This document shows, piece after piece, positions 10,916 to 20,949 of a stretch of 64,000 nt of DNA. Source of the DNA: Macrostomum lignano. Lineage: Eukaryota. The notes beneath the pieces are model-generated. The model made no database searches, had not been told where the DNA came from, and saw only the letters and a list, made by a program, of their open reading frames with translations. The translations under genes and the position numbers were made by a program. Position 1 is the stretch's first letter; every line of letters starts with the position of its first letter. The stretch lies in contig NIVC01000907.1 in NCBI GenBank assembly GCA_002269645.1, forward strand, positions 306,858 to 370,857, in the 5' to 3' direction.

Positions 10916-12435
10916 TCAGATTGCCTGCATTGTTATCGACCGGAAGCTCCAACATTAATTATGGCTCATTCCTAGCCAGTCACTAACTCTGGTTGCCATA
11001 GAGATGCAGATCTACTTTATTAGCTGAATTATGCTGTTGTCAACTTTGATGTTGCCATTGACAGGTAAATTGACAGCCGGGCAAATGACTTTTGTTTCCA
11101 TTGTATTGTATATCGTAATCTAATTACTCAAAGGAATAGGACCGATACATTTGTCAGAAGTAATTCTTGTTCAACCGGGTCGGGGTTCGGGGTTCAGGTA
11201 GGGGTACCGGGCTCGGGGTTAACCCGTCCCGAACACCCCTAGCATGGAGTCTTTGGGCGCTGCCGCAAAATCAAAGCGACGGCGGATCTGCAGCCAGCGA
11301 GGAGGCCAGCAGTGTTCAGCACTGAGTCCGCACACTCTGAGAGAGTCGGACGCCTTTACTGCCTGATTCTGGCCCTAAATTCTAATATTTGACATGCACG
11401 GTAAGCACCACTCAACCTCCATCCTAGTTGCACACTCTACCCCTCCGATCGGTTCTGCTTAATTACCAGGTACTTTGCTGTTACCCAAATGCTTGCGTTA
11501 CAATAAACTGACAGCGGCTGTATTTGATGGGTAAACAGACTCAGTCCCATTAATAAGCAAATTACTAAGGAATTTATAATTCACGATTTTATCTGCTTTG
11601 AGCTAATTAATGTAGAAATCAGCAATCCAAATAGTTAAGCTAAGAGCATTGACAGTGCTCAACTGCATCGCATCTGGCTCCATCCCCATGGCAACACAGA
11701 TGAGGCCAGCAGATTAGCTAGTCGGCACTCTACATAATTTCAGCTCACAGCGGGTACAAAACTGAAAGCTGCGAGCGCAGGTGGAAGCCCAGGAACTCCT
11801 CTTACAAAGTCCCGAGCGGCCTGATTGCCGAGAAGAACCCCAGCTGCCATGAAAACGATCAAGAATGTCTGCAGTGCCACATCCTCAGAAGTGAAAGAGG
11901 CCATGGAGATTTTGTACACAAAACAATATAGGAAATTTTTCAACGAACTGCAGCAGCGTCCGGAGCTGCTGCGGCACAGCGACTGCCGATTCTGCGACGG
12001 CGTCACCGACGACAGCTCGGAGGCAGATTGGCAGCCCAAGCTGTCGCCGTTCTGCCTCGTGCTGCTCGCTCGGGACGACGAGCTGGCCAGCCGAGCAGTC
12101 GAGCTGGTCGACAGCCTCGGTCTGTGGGACCGCGCCCGCTGCGCCCTGTTCCTCCTGGTGGACTTTTGCTGCTCCAGCCTGGCCAGCCCGACTGACGAGG
12201 CGCAGCTCGCTCGGCTCTTCGCCAGACTGTCGCGCCGGCATCCGGACGCGTGCGCTCGGCTGCTGAGCGAGGAGCTGACGGCCGACTGCCTGACACCGCT
12301 GGAGTACGCGGCGGCCAGGGACTGCTTCCACCTGGCGACAGCGTTCGCCAATGCGCCCGGATACCTGATCAGAGAGCGGGAGCACCCGACCGACCCGAGC
12401 CTGCTGGTCGAGGAGGTCGACCTCAGCCGCTACTC
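10197..12435. repeat. 479-bp inverted repeat: 10197-10675 vs 11957-12435, spacer 1281 bp
   Basis: Arms give identical translations in all frames apart from two substitutions (N/S and R/W). Confidence 0.93.
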
Positions 12436-13729
12436 CAGCTCTGGTGGAGATCGCTTCCTAAAGTCTCCGTTCATGCAGTATCTGAGATATTCTCAAATTT
12501 ACGTGGCCGAAGAAATTCCTGCAAAGTACATCTGCTTTTTCAACAGCTCGGTGACCCAGGCCTTCTTTAAAAGTATCGGTGACTTTGGTTTTAGCCTCTG
12601 GGAGTCCCTTATCGCACTGTTTTGGTACCTGCTCATGTATGCCATCCTACTGTCCACACTGACTGTGCGGATATTCACAAAGGATACTTTTGACTCTCAG
12701 GTCCAAGTGCTCATCCCGGACAGTGCAAATTCTAACCAATCTTACATTCAGTTATTGTCGCCAAATCTTGTTGCTGCATTCAGGTATGTTTTCTACGTTA
12801 GAATCGGCCTGCAGGTCTTTAGTGTTGCAGGCTGGCTGTGGTGGCTGGTTGCCAGAATATTTGAACTTCTCAGCCAGCCACTGCTGGTACGAAAGCGCCT
12901 GGGTGTGCTGCAATGTCTTAAGAGCGCAGTTTCTTTGAGAGGCGGCGGTGTTTTTGATTCGTTCATGTTTCTTTTCATGCTGACGCAGGCCTTCATCATA
13001 ATGCAGGAGCACAACTTCTTCAGCGATTCAAGAAGCTACTATGAGGTCGATGGGCAGCTGTTTGTCGAGGGGTCCCGGCTTCAGGCGGTGGTCATGCTAA
13101 ATTACGTCTACATGTTTACCCTGCAGCTGTTCTTCATCATGGACATGGCAATGTTTTATCAACTGTTTCTAAACGTTCTGCTCTGCATGAACGCGGCAAT
13201 GAATCTGACATTTCTAGTTGTGCTGCCCTTGGCTCTGATCTGCGCCACGATGCTGCTCAGCCAGCCGTACATCGAGTGCTCCGTCTACTCCTGGACGTGC
13301 GCGGTGGAATATATCGGCCGGTCACTGCGGTACGCGTTCAGTCTGGCCGGATTTCCCAGCATCAGCGATTACGTCACCCTGTGGCCGCAGATCCTCGTGT
13401 TCCTCTTTGTTGGCATTTTCATCCTGAACTTTGGCGTCGCCCTGCTCACCCAGCAGATCAGCCTGCTGCACGAGCACTTCGAGCTTCGTCGAAAAATTTT
13501 AAGCTCATTTTTCGCGCAGCAAACCATTTTTCTAAACAGGCGACTGTCGGATCGACTTCGTCGAAGCAAACAGTCGAGCAATGACAGCCGGGTCACCATG
13601 CGCCGGTCCGTGCCCAGACTTGGTGAAGTGGAATTCGGATCGCCCCATGGCTGCTGCATTGCTGACTATCGACCGATCGCGTTCACAAAATGCCGCGTTG
13701 AAACTGATAAGGCGATGAATGCCGCGTGA
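11849..13729 (+). CDS. Intronless TRPV-like cation channel, paralogue B
   Basis: Same architecture as paralogue A (LTPLEYAA, 6 TM, LRYAFSL pore, ILNFGVALL S6); ATG 11849, TGA 13727-13729. Confidence 0.75.
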   Translation: MKTIKNVCSATSSEVKEAMEILYTKQYRKFFNELQQRPELLRHSDCRFCDGVTDDSSEADWQPKLSPFCLVLLARDDELASRAVELVDSLGLWDRARCALFLLVDFCCSSLASPTDEAQLARLFARLSRRHPDACARLLSEELTADCLTPLEYAAARDCFHLATAFANAPGYLIREREHPTDPSLLVEEVDLSRYSSSGGDRFLKSPFMQYLRYSQIYVAEEIPAKYICFFNSSVTQAFFKSIGDFGFSLWESLIALFWYLLMYAILLSTLTVRIFTKDTFDSQVQVLIPDSANSNQSYIQLLSPNLVAAFRYVFYVRIGLQVFSVAGWLWWLVARIFELLSQPLLVRKRLGVLQCLKSAVSLRGGGVFDSFMFLFMLTQAFIIMQEHNFFSDSRSYYEVDGQLFVEGSRLQAVVMLNYVYMFTLQLFFIMDMAMFYQLFLNVLLCMNAAMNLTFLVVLPLALICATMLLSQPYIECSVYSWTCAVEYIGRSLRYAFSLAGFPSISDYVTLWPQILVFLFVGIFILNFGVALLTQQISLLHEHFELRRKILSSFFAQQTIFLNRRLSDRLRRSKQSSNDSRVTMRRSVPRLGEVEFGSPHGCCIADYRPIAFTKCRVETDKAMNAA

Positions 13730-13914
13730 AGAATGGCACTGCAACAACACAGCTGCCTGTGCTCATAGCTCGTACTCGTAACCGCTATGATTACCTTTCA
13801 TGATTAATGATTATGATTATTAATGATTGCCATGATTACCGTGCATGATTACCACTGCACACACAATATTCGATGGCAGCATTGATGACGCAAAAAAACT
13901 TACTGCACAATGAT

Positions 13915-14590
13915 AAGAGGGGAGAGGAGAGGAGAGAAGGGAGAGGAGAGGAGAGAAGGGAGAGGAAAGGAGAGAAGGGAGAGGAAAGGAGAGAAGGGAG
14001 AGGAGAGGAGAAAAGAGAGAGGAGAGGAGAGAAGGGAGAGGAAAGGAGAGAAGGGAGAGGAAAGGAGAGAAGGGAGAGGAGAGGAGAGAAGGGAGAGGAG
14101 AGGAGAGAAGGGAGAGGAGAGGAGAGAAGGGAGAGGAAAGGAGAGAAGGGAGAGGAGAGGAGAGGAGAGAAGGGAGAGGAGAGGAGAGAAGGGAGAGGAG
14201 AGGAGAGAAGGGAGAGGAGAGGAGAGAAGGGAGAGGAGAGGAGAGAAGGGAGAGGAGAGGAGAGAAGGGAGAGGAGAGGAGAGAAGGGAGAGGAGAGGAG
14301 AGAAGGGAGGAGAGGAGAGAAGGGAGAGGAGAGGAGAGAAGGGAGAGGAGAGGAGAGAAGGGAGAGGAAAGGAGAGAAGGGAGAGGAAAGGAGAGAAAGG
14401 AGAGGAGAGGAGAGAGGGGAGAGGAGAGGAGAGAAGGGAGAGGAGAGGAGAGGAGAGGAGACTATAGAGAAGAGAGGAGAGGAGAGGAGAGGAGAGGAGA
14501 GGAGAGGAGAGGAGAGGAGAGGAGAGAAGAGGAGAGGAGAGGAGAGGAGAGGAGAGGAGAGGAGACTATAGAGAAGAGAGCATAGAAGAG
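13915..14590. repeat. Polypurine (GA-rich) low-complexity repeat
   Basis: GGAGA/AGAGG/GAGAAGGGAGA units. Confidence 0.95.
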
Positions 14591-14599
14591 GCCGAAACC

Positions 14600-14685
14600 T
14601 TGAGCAGGCCGGATTGCTAATATGATGTTTCAAAGACCCGAGGGCCGGAAAGAGATTTTGCGAGCCGGAGTTTGCTGACCCCTGA
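14600..14685 (-). mobile_element. Possible hAT (Charlie-type) non-autonomous transposon end remnant
   Basis: Minus strand begins CAGGGGTCAGCAAAC, resembling Charlie-type termini; no partner end found. Confidence 0.3.
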
Positions 14686-15233
14686 TAGAGAAAGTAGAAA
14701 AATTCGCACGGTAGGCCATTTCGTTACTACTGAGCTTCTTGTTATAACTGCTCACTCGCGCTCGTATTTCTATCTTTTAAAACTCTATTGTTACTCTGCA
14801 TGTTTGCAGAGACCATACGTAATTTTGGGTCTTGTTTAGTGCACAGTATAAAGATATCTTAGTGGCTCTGCACTCATCCCACTTATCTTTCTTGCTAAAT
14901 ACATTAAATTTCTATAAAATTTTACGTCTATAGCTTACAGTCTACAAACAATTTCATGTAGACTCGTAGTTTGTAGTGACAGTGACAATATCACGGAACA
15001 GACAGAATCTCTGCGCTAACGCATCCAGCTCCGACAAAAACACATCTTTATTGATCATCCGCAGGGCAAAATTTGTAGATTGCTTCGTCAATTCAGGGGA
15101 AATATTCGAGTGAAAGAGACAAAGTGAAAGTGCAAATCAGAAAAAAAAATTTGGAAGTGCGGTGCAAAAGTTACAAATAGTTTCTGCTCTCTTTTTAGAT
15201 GTCGGTTTTGAAAAAAAAAATTGTAATTTATTT

Positions 15234-18200
15234 TCACCAAGCCGCCTCAGTCTTGAGCGGATCCGCCACGATTCTCTCGTGAATTTCCAGGAACAGCGGC
15301 ACGTAGGTCAAGTAGTCCAGGAAGTCAATGTAGCCTCGCTTCTCTCGATTGAACTTCTTGATCACCTGGTTGAGCGTTTCGGAGATGAAAGCACTGTCAG
15401 TATTTCTATTGGGAACTGTGAGTAACAGGTGACAGACTGAACTGTGAGTGACAGGTGACAGACTGAACTGTGACTGACAGGTGACAGACTGAACTGTGAC
15501 TGACAGGTGACAGACTGAACTGTGAGTGACAGGTGACAGACTGAACTGTTAGTGACAGGTGACAGACTGAACTGTGACTGACAGGTGACAGACTGAACTG
15601 TTAGTGACAGGTGACAGACTGAACTGTGAGTGACAGGTGACAGACTGAACTGTTAGTGACAGGTGACAGACTGAACTGTTAGTGACAGGTGACAGACTGA
15701 ACTGTTAGTGACAGGTGACAGACTGAACTGTGAGTGACAGGTGACAGACTGAACTGTTAGTGACAGGTGACAGACTGAACTGTTAGTGACAGGTGACAGA
15801 CTGAACTGTTAGTGACAGGTGACAGACTGAACTGTTAGTGACAGGTGACAGACTGAACTGTGAGTGACAGGTGACAGACTGAACTGTTAGTGACAGGTGA
15901 CAGACTGAACTGTTAGTGACAGGTGACAGACTGAACTGTTAGTGACAGGTGACAGACTGAACTGTTAGTGACAGGTGACAGACTGAACTGTTAGTGACAG
16001 GTGACAGACTGAACTGTTAGTGACAGGTGACAGACTGAACTGTTAGTGACAGGTGACAGACTGAACTGTGAGTGACAGGTGACAGACTGAACTGTTAGTG
16101 ACAGGTGACAGACTGAACTGTTAGTGACAGGTGACAGACTGAACTGTGAGTGACAGGTGACAGACTGAACTGTGACTAACCGGTGGAACTCGGTCCAACA
16201 CCGACAGTTTGACAGGGTGGCCCGATCTGCTACGCTAGATATGCAGCCAGAAAGTTTCTCACCGATCCAACATTCTCATCCTTGAGATTTCCGGCCAGCA
16301 GCTCGATGGCCAAGCTGTCAACCGTGATCGATCCGGTAGGCGCTTTGTCATCAAGGTCGTCCAGCAGGAAAAACATCTCCTTGCACTTCTCCAGCTTGTA
16401 GTCTAACGCGTCAAAGTTCATTTTGTTCACCATCTTGCGGATTATGGGTCTGAATGGATAGATGGAATAATGGGTGGCTGATATGCGGGCAGGCAGCAAA
16501 GAAAGTAATAATAATTTTTTAATAAACTACATGTAGGTTTTGACCCTTAGCATCTCAGCAACCCCCCCCCCCAAGAGCCTTGACATCTGAGCAACTCCCC
16601 CAAGAGCTTTGATATCTTAGCAACTCCCCCCATGAGCCTTGACATCTCAGCAACTACCCCATGAGCCTTGACGTCTCAGCAACTACCCCATGATCCTTGA
16701 CGTCTCAGCAACTACGCCATGAGCCTTGACGTCTCAGCAACTACCCCATGAGCCTTGACGTCTCAGCAACTACCCCATGAGCCTTGATGTCTCAGCAACG
16801 CCCCCCCCCCCTAAGAGCCTTGACGTCTCAGCAACTACCCCATGAGCCTTGACGTCTCAGCAACGCCACCCCCCCCCCTAAGAGCCTTGACATCTCAGCA
16901 ACTACCCCATGAGCCTTGACGTCTCAGCAACTACCCCATGAGCCTTGACGTCTCAGCAACGCCCCCCTCCTAAGAGCCTTGACATCTCAGCAACTACCCC
17001 ATGAGCCTTGACGTCTCAGCAACTACCCCATGAGCCTTGACGTCTCAGCAACTACCCCATGAGCCTTGACGTCTCAGCCACGCCCCCCCCCTAAGAGCCT
17101 TGACATCTCAGCCACGCCCCCCCCCCTAAGAGCCTTGACATCTCAGCAACTCTCCCACGAGCCTTGATATCTCAGCATATCCCCCATGAGCCTTGCGACC
17201 CATTTGGCGACTTTAGTCTCCTGCAAGCGTAGCTACTTTGCTCCAACCCAAGTCTAGGTAAGATAACACACTGAAATGGAAATGCGTAATATTTGTTCAC
17301 TCACTGCAGCTGGCCATCTTCATAATTCATAGCTCAAAACTCACTCAAGCTGAACGACTTTCTCGCTGAGCGCCGCTATCACGCTGAACAGTCGAAAGTT
17401 GACTCGCGTCCTGGCTGGCAGGTTGAGAATGTGATAGACGTACTGCATCTCCTTCTTGGTGATGAGATGCCCGTTGATGTCCTGGAGGGCCTCCTCCACC
17501 AGGTCGATGTTGAGCTCCAGATCGATAGCCGGGTGCAGCTTCTGGTAGAGAAGCGACTGCTCTCGAAGAAAGTCGGCACCCCCGGCGGCCTGCCTGCGGC
17601 TGGGCTCCAGCTGCTCCTCGACGAAGACCGTGTTGCCGAACAGCGTCAGCCGGCGAATCTCCTCCTTGGTCTCGGCGATTCGGCCAGTCAGCTGCTCGGC
17701 TCGATGCTGGCAATGACGAAGCCGCGAGTCCAGCTGGCGGATCGGCTTGCTGGACTTCAGCTGCGGGTTGGCGGGGTTCGCAAAAGTTTCTTTGACTTTG
17801 ATTTTGGTAAAGCACTACGGGCGAAAGCGAAATTGCAGCTCTTATTATCACTCCTGCGTGCTTTATTCAAGCTGTATAAATTTAGCTGGGAGGCAATTTT
17901 TACGACAGAAGTGCACTGAAAGCTGCAGCCAGAAGGTGCCGATGTACTGATGAACGCGAGAAAGAGCAGGCTGCACTTCTCCTGACAGGCCGACCGGCAC
18001 TTCGGGCAACAACGGAGACCATGTTTCTTCAACTTGCGGACGACAGCCTGGCAGAAGTGAATCCAGTAGACTCGGACTTTGGCATACCCTTGCCGGCCAG
18101 AAAGTGTCAAACTCGATGCACCCTATAGTGAGGAGGCTCCAACTGTCAAACGAGAACCTGCACTGACTTGATGGGAGAGCTGAACAAGCCTTTTGTGTTC

Positions 18201-20144
18201 TATTATTCTAATTTCAAGCTGCAGCATGCAGCTGCGCGCTTGTGCGGGACTCATGTAGCTAGACTGCGCGCTTGTGCCCGGACTCATGTAGCTAGACTGC
18301 GCGCTTGTGCCCGGACTCATGTAGCTAGACTGCGCGCTTGTGCCCGGACTCATGTAGCTAGACTGCGCGCTTGTGCCCGGACTCATGTAGCTAGACTGCG
18401 CGCTTGTGCCCGGACTCATGTAGCTAGACTGCGCGCTTGTGCCCGGACTCATGTAGCTAGACTGCGCGCTTGTGCCCGGACTCATGTAGCTAGACTGCGC
18501 GCTTGTGCCCGGACTCATGTAGCTAGACTGCGCGCTTGTGCCCGGACTCATGTAGCTAGACTGCGCGCTTGTGCCCGGACTCATGTAGCTAGACTGCGCG
18601 CTTGTGCCCGGACTCATGTAGCTAGACTGCGCGCTTGTGCCCGGACTCATGTAGCTAGACTGCGTGCTTGTGCCCGGACTCATGTAGCTAGACTGCGCGC
18701 TTGTGCCCGGACTCATGCGCGCTTAATAATGCGTACCTGGCTCGGTTACTAAAGTTTTTGACCCAGCTCTTCGCGACAATGCACTAAAAACTTACCTCGC
18801 TAAGCTGCTTTGAAGTGAGCATTTGCACCACTGTCTCATCGGGCAGACTGGCCATCAGCCTCTTGATGCGCAGCGCCTCATCGCGGTCGATCTTGACGCC
18901 CGGCTTCCTCTGCTGGCGTCGTTTGTTCAGCTTCGGCTGAGCGTCGACGCTGCTCTGCGGCTTCGACGGCACCGCTTGGTCGTCTGGCAGCGGCAGGCTG
19001 TCCCAGTACCTGTCTCTGGCCATGCCGGCCAGCAGGTGAGTCTGCGTGTCTGTTGGGGGGGGGATAGCAAAATCTCGCAAAAATGTTTGAACCGTTCGAC
19101 CGCAGGATTAGTTCATATCATATTTATGCGAGTTTCTCACCACTGATCTGTCCCATTTCTTCGTTAACCTTGGCCAGACGTTCACTCAGCGAGTCTAAAA
19201 TGAACTTCAACTTTGCCAGCTCGCAGTCAGCCGAGTTGGCACCCTTGAAGTAAAAAAGAAGGTTGATTTGATTTCAATTTTAACAAGATTAATTGATTTC
19301 ACCTGCCCTAATGGCGCATCTGAAGGCTGCGTACGGCTGTTCAGTCCAAGGACTGGGACGCCATACACCCTTAATTACCCCAGCTAATGCTGGCACCCAT
19401 TTTACAGCTGGGTCAACTGAAGTAAGCAGAGTTGAGTGTCTTGCACAAGGACTCAAATTGTTCCGAGTAGACCGAGAATCGAACCCCCGACCTTTCAGTC
19501 GCAAGTCGGACTCTCCAACCACTAGGCTACAACCCCCGCCTTGGTTTCAATGCTGTCAGTGCAAACAGGAATTCGAGCATAGTTCTCACCGGCACAGTTG
19601 GCGGCAGAGAGGCTTCCAGTCTTTGCCTCATGGCTTCGAAGAGCCGGTCGCCGGACGGGATCGTGCCCACCTGCCGCCGCTGCTGCAGCCGGTAAATTTC
19701 TTCAGTAGACAGTCGACTCGCCGACTTTGCTCTGTCGCCGTCGCGATCCTCCGCTATTAGCGAGGAAAGTTCGCGCTCGCCGCCGCCCTCCGCCGCCTCG
19801 CCATCCGGCGCTGCATCGGCGGTCTGCTCAGTAGTCGCTCGGAACATCATCCCGCCGCTGGCACCACCGGCAGCTTCGGCGGCCTCTCGAACAATCTCCC
19901 GGTAGGGGTCGTAGCGGAATCGCTGCTTGACCGCGGCTCGCTTGAAGGCGGACTCGTAGGCTGGGATTCTGTGCGCGTGCACGATGCAGTACTTGGCCAG
20001 GTAGTCCAGGCTGTCCTTGGGCCGGCTGACCGCTGGCTCCTCTGCTGGCTGAGGCGGCGACGCCACGGTCGGTGCCTTCTTCGGCGACGTCTGCATCCTG
20101 GAAATCATTGCGCCAGTGCGCCATTTCGACTTCAATGAGGACAT
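15234..20144 (-). CDS. Uncharacterised EF-hand-domain protein, 6 exons (19671-20144, 19141-19243, 18796-19049, 17345-17814, 16263-16449, 15234-15365), 539 aa
   Basis: All junctions GT-AG with matching phases (0,1,0,2,0); motifs LDYLAKYCIV, INGHLITKKEMQYVYHIL..VNFRLFSVIAALSEK, GSITVDSLAIELLAGNL, GYIDFLDYLTYVPLFLEIH. The 17814 acceptor is the least certain; the gene may extend upstream. Confidence 0.75.
15415..16180. repeat. 24-bp intronic minisatellite (GTGACAGGTGACAGACTGAACTGT-based)
   Basis: About 31 tandem units. Confidence 0.95.
16535..17190. repeat. ~29-bp degenerate intronic minisatellite (GAGCCTTGACGTCTCAGCAACTACCCCAT)
   Basis: Tandem units with poly-C variants. Confidence 0.9.
18228..18720. 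repeat. 33-bp intronic minisatellite (ATGTAGCTAGACTGCGCGCTTGTGCCCGGACTC)
   Basis: About 15 near-perfect units; explains ORFs 18123..18752. Confidence 0.95.
19290..19537 (-). mobile_element. tRNA-headed SINE with CORE-like central domain, copy 1
   Basis: A/B boxes then GAGTCCTTGTGCAAGACACTCAAC...CCCAGCTGTAAAATGGG; homologous to the 21364 copy. Confidence 0.8.
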
Positions 20145-20949
20145 GCTGCCAGAACACGGTGAAGCAAAGTGAGTAAAAGCGCCCAGAGCCAGTGTTGCAG
20201 AATTTTCTAGTACAAAAGTCGTCTTTTTCACTATTCCACTGAACCAATTAACTGGGAAGTGGAGGTGAGTTTGGGCAGCCTCATTCAGAGGCACTTCTTG
20301 TCTCCAACTCTGCCATCTTTCTCCCTGGGCGTCCATCTCTTCTTCTGTTTTACTGGGCCTCGCGCAAGCAGACCTGAGAGCCTTCCCAGTCGATCAATGC
20401 AGAAGGGCGCGGCTTTTTTTCCCTTCGCGGTGCAGCAAGAGAAGCAAAGAACTCCGCATAACAGATGATTGATTTGGAAAAAGTGCATTTTCTGGCAGGA
20501 CAAAGGAAGCTTTCGCCTGTGCATAAGTTTTATGAAAATTTCTGTCCCAAAAAGTGTAATCCAGAGTTTTCAGCGCTGGTGGGAGTGACTTTGCTACACA
20601 GGCTTTTTTCTTAGAAACCTCTCACTGACTCAGCCCCATGGGACTCTCCATGCATGGAGTGCTACATGTACATCTCAGCACGGGCCTCACTTGTCAGAAC
20701 AGCCTATTGTGTCATCGTTCTGGCTGATTTTGAGCTGTTTTGCATGGCAGAACATCTGTCATCTACTCAGGATAGCTTTTGGGTATCCAAAACATATAGT
20801 GAATTCTCAGTGCACTTTTTGATAAAAATTGTAGGCATTTATCATAGTTCTACTCTTCTCAGGCCTGAACAGAAGTCCTGTTCAACCGATCTTGTAAACA
20901 GTTTAAAATGGCTCACTACAGAACTACAAGGACCACCAACCTTGGCCTT

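Noticed and set aside
10281-12385. Overlapping antisense ORFs within the TRP-like genes
   Set aside because: GC-rich shadow frames, duplicated only because of the inverted tract.
16180-16228. Extra mini-exon in the EF-hand gene
   Set aside because: Would need a 34-nt intron; the direct phase-0 join 16263>15365 gives a better EF-hand.
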